Of a stretch of DNA of 64,000 bases, positions 9,378 through 17,424 are shown in pieces; position 1 is the stretch's first letter; each line of letters starts with the position of its first letter. Both the position numbers and the translations under genes were made by a program. Source of the stretch: Vulcanimicrobiota bacterium. Its GTDB lineage: Bacteria > Vulcanimicrobiota > Vulcanimicrobiia > Vulcanimicrobiales > Vulcanimicrobiaceae. Below the pieces are notes generated by a model. It saw nothing but the letters and a program-made list of their open reading frames with translations, did not search any database and was not told the DNA's origin. The stretch is from NCBI GenBank assembly GCA_963777315.1, contig CAVZQC010000004.1, positions 96,001 through 160,000 on the forward strand, given 5' to 3'.

Positions 9378-12182
9378 CTACCGCGGGCTCGTCGAAGGTT
9401 CGGCGCTTCGCTGCGTGCGTACGGCCTCTGCGCGCTTGACCGCCTGGGGCTCATCCCAAGCCGCGCCTTCGTCGAACAACCCCGCAAGCGTTTCGCTTGC
9501 GATGCGTTTTCGCAACTCTGCCACGATGTTTTCGCGAGCGACTTGGTCCGAGCGGATGCCCTCCCAGTCGGCTTGCAGCATTCGTGCCCGGCCGTAGCCG
9601 AATAGCCGAGCTGCGTCCGCCGCGTCCTCGGGCAGACCGATCGCAGCGCAGTATGCAATGGCGATTGCCGTAAGCAGCGGATGGCCGGCGTCTACCGCGA
9701 GCTCCAGAGCCTCCGCGATGTACGGCTCCGCCCGTTCGAATTGGCGGCTTGCCAACGCATATCCGGCGATATTGCTGCTCAGGTACATGCGATCTTCGCG
9801 CTCGGCGCAGTCCAACGCTTCCAGCGCCAACTTCGTGGCGCGATCGAAGCACTCTGCCGCCGCTTCGGCTTCCGCCCACCACTGCAGCACCTGGCATGCC
9901 TGCTCGTGATCTCCAAGCGATCGCAGAACGTCCACTGCATCGGCGAATTGGCTTCTGGCTTGTTCGATCTGTGAAGGCGGAAGCGCAAACGCGCAGCGGC
10001 GCAATATCGCCGCCAGCAAGCCTTTGTCGCCGCAAGCGCGAGCTCGTTCGATGGCTTCGGCGGAGTGCTCCTGAGCTTGGTCGTATCGGCGGCTGCGCGC
10101 GTACAGCTGGGCGAGCTGGGAGAGCGCGCGAATCAAGCCGCGCTCGTCGTTGGACTGCCGATACAGATCGACGGCGCGCCGGCATGCCGTGAAGGCCTGC
10201 GAGTACGCACCCTGATTGTTGTACAGCATCGAACGATCGTATTCGAGCCTGGCTCGGACTTCCGGCTGCGCGGTCGCGGCGTTGTCCAACGCTTGCGTGC
10301 ACCATGCCAGGCCTTCGTTCAACAGCGAAAGGCGCATGAAGGCCGGTGCGATATCGCCGGCAATGCGAGCGCCAAGCTCGGGGTCGTGCTTGCACTCCAC
10401 GGTCCAATGGAGCGCCGCGCGAAAGTTGTCTAAATCGGGCAACCAAACCGCGGGCCACCCGCGCGGAGCATACGTGTCGAACTCGGCGTAAGCGGCTTGC
10501 GCGCACTGCGCAAAGAACAGCGCATGGCGTTCGCTCAACCACGGCATTTCGCCGGCTTCATGCAGCCGGCTCTGGGCGTATTCGCGTATGGCGCCGAGCA
10601 TCGCCAAACGCTCGGAGTCGTTCGGCGAGTCCGCGCGCGAGCCGACGAGCTTCTCGCGTGCGTATTCGTGAATCGTTTCGAGTAAGTAGAAGCGCTGACG
10701 CTGGTCCTGCACGTTGGCGACGACCAGCGACTTGTCGACCAAAGAAGACAGCAGATCCAAAATCGTCCATTCGTCGAGCCCATCGTCGCTGCATACCGCA
10801 CCGGCAGCTTCGAGCGCAAACGATCCGCTGAAAATGGAAACTCGGCGAAAGAGCGCCTTTTCTTGGTCCGTTAGAAGTCCGTAACTCCAGTCGATGAGCG
10901 CGCGAAGGGTTTGCTGGCGAGGAAGCGCGGTGCGACTGCCGCCGGTGAGCACGCGAAAACGCTCGCTTAACCGGTTCAAAAGCGTTTCGAGGGTCAGAAT
11001 GCGCATGCGCGCCGCAGCAAGTTCGATCGCCAGCGGAATGCCGTCCAAATGCCGGCAGATCTCTTCGACCGTCGGCGTATTTTCGGCAGTAAGCGCAAAC
11101 TGCGGCAGCGCCAGGGCCGCGCGCTGGGCGAACAAGCGTACGCAGTCCGATGGTTCCAGCGGCGGCAAGCGATAGACGCGTTCTCCCTGGAGGTGCAGCA
11201 CTTCGCGGCTGGTCGCCAGAATCGTGACGTGCGGACAGCACTCTCGGATAGCCGCGATCATCCGCGCGGCTTGCTCGACGAGGTGCTCGCAATTGTCCAA
11301 GATCAGCAGTAGCTCGCGATTTTTCAGATACGTCGTAAGCGTCTGCAGCTCGTCGTTCTCGCCGCCGTGGTGCACCCCCAGAGCCGTCAACACCGTGCTT
11401 ACCAGATGTGCCGGATCCGACAGCGGCGCGAGGTTGACGAACCACATGCCGTCGTCTACGTGATCGATGACGTCCACGGCGCACGCAAGCGCGACCCGAG
11501 TCTTGCCCACGCCTCCCGGTCCCGCGATGGTGACCAGCGTGGACTCGTGCAGCAAAGCCAGGATTTGCGCGATGTCGGCTTGCCGGCCGACGAAGCCGCT
11601 GGTCTGCGCCGGCAAGTTGTTCGGCAGCGCATCGAGCGTGCGCAACGGTCGAAAATGTGCGGGCAGACCCTCTGCGTTCAATTGGTAAACGCGTTCCGGG
11701 TGAGTCAGATCTTTGAGCCGGAACGTTCCCAAAGAGTGCAGCGATGCATGCGGCGGCAAGTGTCCGCCGAGCAGATCGGCGACGACGCCGGAAACGACCA
11801 CTTGGCCACCGTTGGCCGTCGACAACAGACGCGCGACCCGGTTGACGGCCGGGCCGAAATAATCACCGTCGCGTTCGTGCGCGTCCCCGGCATGAATCGC
11901 CATGCGCACTCTCAACCCTTCGACGGCGCTCCAATCTTCCGCAAGCAGCCTGCGCTGGGCCTCGAGCGCCGCGCCGGCGGCGTCGCCGGCGACGTTGAAG
12001 GCAACGCAGAACGCATCTCCGACCGTCTTGAAAATATGACCGCCGTGGGCTTGCATCGCTGCACGAACGACATCGTCGTGCCGGTGGAGCGCGCTTTGCA
12101 TCGCTTGCGGCCGGGCATCCCATCGGGCGGTGCTGCCTTCGATGTCGGAGAAGAGGAAGACGACCGTTCCGGTAGGCCTCAC
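9378..12182 (-). CDS. Class III adenylate/guanylate cyclase fused to a STAND (NB-ARC-like) NTPase and TPR-like repeats
   Basis: FLFSDIEGST, FKTVGDAF, DYFGPAVNRVARL; GPGGVGKT, LILDNCEH, LDGIPLAIELAAAR; helical-repeat C-terminus. Confidence 0.92.
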   Translation of the reverse strand: MRPTGTVVFLFSDIEGSTARWDARPQAMQSALHRHDDVVRAAMQAHGGHIFKTVGDAFCVAFNVAGDAAGAALEAQRRLLAEDWSAVEGLRVRMAIHAGDAHERDGDYFGPAVNRVARLLSTANGGQVVVSGVVADLLGGHLPPHASLHSLGTFRLKDLTHPERVYQLNAEGLPAHFRPLRTLDALPNNLPAQTSGFVGRQADIAQILALLHESTLVTIAGPGGVGKTRVALACAVDVIDHVDDGMWFVNLAPLSDPAHLVSTVLTALGVHHGGENDELQTLTTYLKNRELLLILDNCEHLVEQAARMIAAIRECCPHVTILATSREVLHLQGERVYRLPPLEPSDCVRLFAQRAALALPQFALTAENTPTVEEICRHLDGIPLAIELAAARMRILTLETLLNRLSERFRVLTGGSRTALPRQQTLRALIDWSYGLLTDQEKALFRRVSIFSGSFALEAAGAVCSDDGLDEWTILDLLSSLVDKSLVVANVQDQRQRFYLLETIHEYAREKLVGSRADSPNDSERLAMLGAIREYAQSRLHEAGEMPWLSERHALFFAQCAQAAYAEFDTYAPRGWPAVWLPDLDNFRAALHWTVECKHDPELGARIAGDIAPAFMRLSLLNEGLAWCTQALDNAATAQPEVRARLEYDRSMLYNNQGAYSQAFTACRRAVDLYRQSNDERGLIRALSQLAQLYARSRRYDQAQEHSAEAIERARACGDKGLLAAILRRCAFALPPSQIEQARSQFADAVDVLRSLGDHEQACQVLQWWAEAEAAAECFDRATKLALEALDCAEREDRMYLSSNIAGYALASRQFERAEPYIAEALELAVDAGHPLLTAIAIAYCAAIGLPEDAADAARLFGYGRARMLQADWEGIRSDQVARENIVAELRKRIASETLAGLFDEGAAWDEPQAVKRAEAVRTQRSAEPSTSPR

Positions 12183-12252
12183 ATTGATTCGTTCGCTCTA
12201 CCGGTTGCGCTTACCCCGAGCCTTCCCGCCGCCGCAGCGGCGAAGGAAGGCC

Positions 12253-12280
12253 TAACGTTGCGCTTGCCGCCTGCCGATGA
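12253..12280 (+). promoter_or_regulatory. Sigma28-type promoter of fliK
   Basis: TAAC(12253-12256)-N16-GCCGATGA(12273-12280). Confidence 0.65.
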
Positions 12281-12289
12281 ACAAAGTAC

Positions 12290-13753
12290 ATGGCATCACA
12301 CGTCCCGTCCATCGGCGCGGCCAAAGCCGCCGGACAAGGCGCGCTTCCAATCGCGCTGCGCGCGCTCCACGGCGTCGGCAACGACCTGAAATTCGCAGTC
12401 AAGCTGGACCGGCATTTGCCCCCTCCCGGCGACGGAAAAGGCGTGCTCGCGCAGATCGCCGGTCTGCTTGGGACCGGTACGCCGATGACCGCGATCGTGG
12501 ACGGCGTCGCGAAAGCGCTTTCCGATGCCTTGGCGCGCGCGGCCGGCAACGGCGGCGATCCTAAGGCGCGAAGCACCCTGCAGCGCTCGCTGGCGGCGGC
12601 GCTGGCCCCTCCGGGCACGAGCCCACCGCACGCAGCCGTTCAGATGCTCGAGCAACGATTGACTCACCTACTGACGACGTTGACGAGCGAACCGGACACC
12701 GCAGGGCAGCAGAACGAATTCTCGGGAAACGTCTTGGACGCCGAATCGGCGAAAGAAGTCCCGGCCCAAAAAAAGAACTCCGCGTCCGGTGCCGCACCGC
12801 AGGACGAGGCGGCTTCGCTCGCTCAGTCGCTGCTGCAAGCGGCCGTTGCCGGAATGTCCGGTCGCAGTGCCGCCGCCGTGTCGCTGCAGCCTAAGTCTGC
12901 CGCCCCGCTGCATTCCGCGAACGCTTCGGCGCCGCAGCCGCAAGCTCGGCCCGATATTCTCGCGCGCATACTCGGACGTGCGGCCAATGCGCAGGCCCAG
13001 CGGGCGACCGGCATCGGCGTGCAGGTGCATATGCCCGTCTCGGGCAGTGCGAACACCGCCACGCCGTCTGCAGTGTTCGAACGGCTGATCGCGATTATCG
13101 CCGAACACGGCGGCGCGCAAAACGACGGCAGCGGCACCCAATCCGGCGGCGGCGACACCCAATCCAACGGCGGCGCGCAAAGCAACTCGGGCGGCAACGG
13201 GCATGCGGCACAAGGCACGTCGTTCACTGCGCAGGCGACGCCGTTGTATTCAACGCAGCCTACGTCCACCGTCGTTGCCGGCGCAGCCGGCCCTGCGGCG
13301 CCGCTTCACGTACCGATCGATTCTCAAGCGGTCATCGAGCAACTCGTCAAAGGCATCGCGATGCGCAGCTCCGGCGGCACATCGCAAGTGCGCATGCGGC
13401 TGCAGCCCGAACATTTGGGCGACGTCTCGCTCAAGCTGACCGTCACCGGCACGACGATAAGCGCAAGCGTCGTCGCGCAAAGCGCCCACGTGCGGGATTT
13501 GCTGCTGGCCAACCAACAGCAGCTCGCGCGTTCGCTCGCCCAAGCGGGTCTTTCGCTTGGCACTTTCTCGGTCGACGTTTCCGGGGGAAACGCCGGCTTC
13601 ACGCATCAGCAATCGAACGACCGCAATGCGCTGGAAAGAACCAACGCACCGGGTTTGACGCTTGCGGATGACGACGAACAATGGGCCGACCCACGCTTTG
13701 GCCCGGCGCTCCTGCCGGCAGCCAAATCGCTCGTGCTCAACTATCTGGTATAG
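12290..13753 (+). CDS. fliK: Flagellar hook-length control protein FliK
   Basis: Long low-complexity N-terminus; C-terminal MRLQPEHLGDVSLKL...L..SL..AGL domain; upstream of flgD. Confidence 0.85.
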   Translation: MASHVPSIGAAKAAGQGALPIALRALHGVGNDLKFAVKLDRHLPPPGDGKGVLAQIAGLLGTGTPMTAIVDGVAKALSDALARAAGNGGDPKARSTLQRSLAAALAPPGTSPPHAAVQMLEQRLTHLLTTLTSEPDTAGQQNEFSGNVLDAESAKEVPAQKKNSASGAAPQDEAASLAQSLLQAAVAGMSGRSAAAVSLQPKSAAPLHSANASAPQPQARPDILARILGRAANAQAQRATGIGVQVHMPVSGSANTATPSAVFERLIAIIAEHGGAQNDGSGTQSGGGDTQSNGGAQSNSGGNGHAAQGTSFTAQATPLYSTQPTSTVVAGAAGPAAPLHVPIDSQAVIEQLVKGIAMRSSGGTSQVRMRLQPEHLGDVSLKLTVTGTTISASVVAQSAHVRDLLLANQQQLARSLAQAGLSLGTFSVDVSGGNAGFTHQQSNDRNALERTNAPGLTLADDDEQWADPRFGPALLPAAKSLVLNYLV

Positions 13754-13761
13754 GAGTAACC

Positions 13762-14241
13762 ATGGCAACACCAATCGCACCGGTGCAGGGAGTCACGGCG
13801 AACGCCGGCGCAAGCAGCTCGAGCAATTCCTCGTCCACCGATCCGTCCCAGCAGCTCGGAGCCAATCAATTCCTGCAACTGCTCACGACGGAGCTGAGCA
13901 ATCAGGACCCGCTCAACCCCGTCGACGACACCCAATCCGTCGCGCAGCTCGCACAGTTTTCCGCGCTGCAGGCAACTAATGAACTCAATACGTCGTTTCA
14001 AAACTTCCAGTCGAACTTCGGAGTGATGCAAGCATCCTCGCTGATCGGCAAAACCGTTACGGTCGTAACGCCGGACGCCTCCGGCAACTCGTCCAACGTC
14101 ACGGGAACCGTGAGCACCATCGCGGTGCAAAACGGCCAGCCGTACTTTACGATGACGGGCAGCAACGGCAAGCCGCTGAGTGATTCGAACGGTCAGCCGC
14201 TGCTGTTTGCAACGACCGCGATCGTCGGCATCGGGAGCTGA
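13762..14241 (+). CDS. flgD: Flagellar hook capping protein FlgD
   Basis: FLQLLTTELSNQDPLNP, AQLAQFSALQ, SLIGKTV; SD AGGAG before ATG13762. Confidence 0.93.
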   Translation: MATPIAPVQGVTANAGASSSSNSSSTDPSQQLGANQFLQLLTTELSNQDPLNPVDDTQSVAQLAQFSALQATNELNTSFQNFQSNFGVMQASSLIGKTVTVVTPDASGNSSNVTGTVSTIAVQNGQPYFTMTGSNGKPLSDSNGQPLLFATTAIVGIGS

Positions 14242-14242
14242 C

Positions 14243-14647
14243 GTGGATCCCAACGAGATCCGGCCCACCGGCTCACCGGGGATACTTCCCGGACCGGCGC
14301 CGCGTCCGGCCGGTAAACCCGTACAGATCCCGCCTGCATCGGCGCCGAGCTTTCGTTCGGTTCTCGAGCAGCAGCGCACCTCCGCCCAGCCCCTCAAATT
14401 CTCCGCACATGCGATGCAGCGTCTGCAATCCAGAAACATTCACTTGAGCAGCGACGACGTGGATCGCATGAACGTCATGGCCGACAAAGCGGCGGAAAAG
14501 GGTGCCAAACAGTCCCTTTTCATGCTGCGCGACGTCGCTATGGTCGTGAGCATCAAGAATCGCACGGTGATTACCGCCGTCGATCAGGATTCAATGAAAG
14601 AAAACGTCTTTACCAACATAGACAGCGCGGCAGTAATCTCTTCATAA
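14243..14647 (+). CDS. TIGR02530-family flagellar operon protein (function unknown)
   Basis: LKFSAHAMQRLQSRNI, KAAEKGAKQSL, VVSIKNRTVITA, NVFTNIDSAAVI; located between flgD and flgE. Confidence 0.85.
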   Translation: MDPNEIRPTGSPGILPGPAPRPAGKPVQIPPASAPSFRSVLEQQRTSAQPLKFSAHAMQRLQSRNIHLSSDDVDRMNVMADKAAEKGAKQSLFMLRDVAMVVSIKNRTVITAVDQDSMKENVFTNIDSAAVISS

Positions 14648-14655
14648 CTCCAACG

Positions 14656-14713
14656 ACCCCGGACGAGTCTCTCGAGGGGTAGGCTGCGGCGTCGATCGAC
14701 AGACGCGCCGCGG
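14656..14713 (+). ncRNA. Candidate two-hairpin cis-regulatory RNA in the flgE leader
   Basis: ACCCC-gga-CGAG-tct-CTCG-a-GGGGT (14656-14680), then stem CTGCGGCG/CGCCGCGG (14684-14713) enclosing TCGATCGACAGACG. Confidence 0.55.
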
Positions 14714-14736
14714 AACTGCAAGAAAGGCACAAACGA

Positions 14737-16170
14737 ATGGCATTCGATTCGCTGTTCACTGGCATCTCCGGCTTAAACGCCTACCAGAGCCAGATCGACA
14801 TGATCTCCAACGACATCGCCAACGTCGACACGACCGGCTTCAAAGGCCAGCGCATGACGTTTGCGGATCTGTACTACCAGACGCAGGGTTTCGCCAGCGG
14901 CCCCACTCAAGAGCGCGGTGGCGTCAATCCCCAGGAAATCGGCCTGGGCGTAAAGGTCAACTCGATCGATACGAATTTCTCCCAAGGCGGCCTGGAAACC
15001 ACCGGCATAAACACCGACCTGGCCATCAACGGCGACGGGTTTTTCGTTCTGAACAACGTGGACGGCTCGGGCCAGCCGATCTACACGCGCGACGGCGCGT
15101 TTTCGCTCAACTCCAGCGGCGTGCTGTACGATCCGGCGACGGGTCTTGCGGTGCAAGGCTTCATGGCCGATCAGAACGGCGTCGTGACCTCGTCGGGAAC
15201 GCCGGGAACGATCACCGTTCCGCTCGGGCTGGCGATGCAAGCCACCGCAACCGGCGGAACGGGCTCGGTCAAGAGTGGGCCCGCGAACGACAAAGTGTTC
15301 GACATGGGTTTCGGCGGTTCGCTGGATCAATCGCAATACGCGCTGGCCGCATCGGGCGGCGCGCCGGCGAACAAAGTTCTGACCACGACGATCTACGATT
15401 CGCTGGGCAACGCGCACCAAGCGACGATTACGTTTGCGCCCGATGCGGCAACGCCGCTGCCGGCGACCGTAAACAACACCAGCGGAACGGCGGTTACGCC
15501 GGCCAGCCGCTGGCAATATACCGTCACGTTCGCCGACGGAACGACGACGACCACGAACACGGGCGAGGCGTTCTTCGACGGCAACGGTCAGTTCATCAAC
15601 ACGTCGTCGAGTCCCACGGGCACGCCGGTGCACGCGCAAGGCGTCGCGCCTTCGGCCGCGTCCGGCGATGCGCTGGTGATCGGCGGTTGGCCGGCAGGCG
15701 ACAACTCGACTTCGCCGCAGACCATCGGCTTGGATTTCTCGAATATGTCCGCACTCGCGGGCACGCCGACGGCGAACGTTCTGCTGCAGAACGGCTACGC
15801 TGCCGGCACGCTCTCGAACATTACGGTCGGACAGGACGGAACGATCGCCGGCGCGTTTACCAACGGCCAGCAGAAGACCCTCGGACAAGTTGCGCTGGCA
15901 ACGTTCCAAAACGAAGGCGGCCTGCATCGTTTGGGAGGCAACGGCTTCCAGGCAACGACCAACTCCGGTCTTGCGCAAGTCGGTTCGGCTGCGTCGGGGC
16001 GTTACGGTGCGATTATCTCGGGATCGCTCGAGCAGTCGAACGTGTCGCTGGCCGACGAGTTCACCAAGATGATTACCGCGCAGCGCGCTTTTGAAGCGAA
16101 TACCCGCGGCATCTCGACGGCGGACCAGAACATGCAAACGGTCATCAACATCCGCGCCAGCGAAAACTAA
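14737..16170 (+). CDS. flgE: Flagellar hook protein FlgE
   Basis: SLFTGISGL...IANVDTTGFK, DLAINGDGFF, YTRDGAF, IYDSLG, LEQSNVSLADEF..MITAQRAFEAN. Confidence 0.96.
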   Translation: MAFDSLFTGISGLNAYQSQIDMISNDIANVDTTGFKGQRMTFADLYYQTQGFASGPTQERGGVNPQEIGLGVKVNSIDTNFSQGGLETTGINTDLAINGDGFFVLNNVDGSGQPIYTRDGAFSLNSSGVLYDPATGLAVQGFMADQNGVVTSSGTPGTITVPLGLAMQATATGGTGSVKSGPANDKVFDMGFGGSLDQSQYALAASGGAPANKVLTTTIYDSLGNAHQATITFAPDAATPLPATVNNTSGTAVTPASRWQYTVTFADGTTTTTNTGEAFFDGNGQFINTSSSPTGTPVHAQGVAPSAASGDALVIGGWPAGDNSTSPQTIGLDFSNMSALAGTPTANVLLQNGYAAGTLSNITVGQDGTIAGAFTNGQQKTLGQVALATFQNEGGLHRLGGNGFQATTNSGLAQVGSAASGRYGAIISGSLEQSNVSLADEFTKMITAQRAFEANTRGISTADQNMQTVINIRASEN

Positions 16171-16188
16171 TCCCGGTTCTCTGCATAT

Positions 16189-16285
16189 GGGCGCGCAGTC
16201 ACGGATGACGGAGCGCGTGTGATATTGGGGCCCCCGTGCGCTTTGCGTACGGGGGGCGCGCAGTCACGGATGACGCAGCGCCTGT
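16189..16285 (+). repeat. 32-nt direct repeat (2 copies, 30/32 identical), each a hairpin with a CACGGATG loop (CsrA/RsmA-site-like)
   Basis: GGGCGCGCAGTCACGGATGACGGAGCGCGTGT at 16189-16220 and GGGCGCGCAGTCACGGATGACGCAGCGCCTGT at 16254-16285. Confidence 0.85.
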
Positions 16286-16303
16286 CAAAACGCAGGTCAC
16301 GCT

Positions 16304-16329
16304 AAAGCCGAGCCGAAAGGCTCGGCTTT
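16304..16329 (+). promoter_or_regulatory. Perfect GAAA-tetraloop hairpin abutting the flbD start codon
   Basis: AAAGCCGAGCC-GAAA-GGCTCGGCTTT, immediately followed by GTG16330. Confidence 0.7.
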
Positions 16330-16533
16330 GTGATTGCATTGACGCGCCTGAACGGACAAGCGATCATGGTAAATGCCGACCTGATCGAGTCGGTCGAGAC
16401 TACTCCGGATACCGTGATCACGTTGGTCAGCGGCAACAAGCTCATCGTGCGCGACTCGATGGATGCCATTGCGCACCGGATTGTCGAGTTCAAACGCAAA
16501 ATTTACGGACCGCCCGACTCGACGCACATCTAG
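16330..16533 (+). CDS. flbD: Flagellar FlbD/SwrD family protein
   Basis: MIALTRLNG...NADLIESVETTPDTVITLVSG..LIV.DS is the FlbD signature. Confidence 0.92.
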   Translation: MIALTRLNGQAIMVNADLIESVETTPDTVITLVSGNKLIVRDSMDAIAHRIVEFKRKIYGPPDSTHI

Positions 16534-16551
16534 TCCGGCAATACGCGGCCC

Positions 16552-16578
16552 TCAGAATGAGAAGCGCCGCGCCGATAC
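16552..16578 (+). promoter_or_regulatory. Sigma28-type promoter of motA
   Basis: TCAG(16552-16555)-N15-GCCGATAC(16571-16578). Confidence 0.6.
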
Positions 16579-16587
16579 TGCATAAGA

Positions 16588-17424
16588 ATGGACTTTGCCA
16601 CGCTGCTGGGCCTCCTGCTTGCATTCGGGGCCATTTTTGTCGCAGGTTGGGTCGGCGGAACCGACCCGCACATCATCTTCGGGCGCTGGGAAGCGCTCTT
16701 GTTGATCGTCGGCGGCACCGTCGGCGCTACGATGACCTCGTTTCCGCTGCGAACCTTTACAAGAGGATTCTTCGGCGGTTTTAAAACCGCGTTCACCGAA
16801 CCGATCTATCACGAGCGCGACGTCATTGCCACGCTCGTGTCGTTTGCCGAAAAGGCACGCCGGGAAGGTTTGCTGGCGCTTGAAAACGAGGCCGCGGCGC
16901 TCGAAGACGAATTCATGCGCAGAGGCATTCAGCTGGTCATCGACGGCCGCGACACCGACGTCATTCGTAAAGTTCTTGAAACCGAGGTCAGCCACGTCCA
17001 GGAAAACGGGACGAAGGCTGAAGCGGTGTTTACTAATTTGGGCGGATATTCGCCCACCCTGGGCATCATCGGCACCGTGCTCGGCCTAATCGGCATGCTG
17101 CGCGGCCTGGTCAGCCTGGGCGGCGCGGGCAACGTCGCGGGCAACATCGGCATTTCTACCGCGCAAGCTTTCGTCGCGACGTTCTTCGGCATCATGTTCG
17201 CGAACTTGCTGTGGCTGCCCATTGCGACCAAGATCAAAGAGCGGTACGGGCAACTGCTGCTGCTGCGGGAAATCATGATCGAAGGCATTCTCTCGATTCA
17301 GGCCGGCGACAACCCGCGTCTGCTCGAGGAGCGCCTGCAGGCGTTTTTGGACCCGCAAGAACGTGAAACCGAGATCGAGGAAGGCGGCGCTTTCGCCGAG
17401 CAGCCGAGCTATTCCGCGGGCTGA
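16588..17424 (+). CDS. motA: Flagellar stator protein MotA
   Basis: IVGGT, ARREGLLALE, GGYSPTLGIIGTVLGLI, AFVATFFG, IQAGDNPR. Confidence 0.95.
   Translation: MDFATLLGLLLAFGAIFVAGWVGGTDPHIIFGRWEALLLIVGGTVGATMTSFPLRTFTRGFFGGFKTAFTEPIYHERDVIATLVSFAEKARREGLLALENEAAALEDEFMRRGIQLVIDGRDTDVIRKVLETEVSHVQENGTKAEAVFTNLGGYSPTLGIIGTVLGLIGMLRGLVSLGGAGNVAGNIGISTAQAFVATFFGIMFANLLWLPIATKIKERYGQLLLLREIMIEGILSIQAGDNPRLLEERLQAFLDPQERETEIEEGGAFAEQPSYSAG

Noticed and set aside
13108..13200. Short DNA repeats in fliK (CGGCGGCGCGCAAA x2, CACCCAATCC x2)
   Set aside because: Explained by the ordinary Gly/Ser/Gln low-complexity linker of FliK.
16189..16285. Mini CRISPR array (32-nt repeats, 33-nt spacer)
   Set aside because: Only two repeats, no cas genes or AT-rich leader, and the 'spacer' is a hairpin that pairs into repeat 2. 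It fits a structured RNA better.
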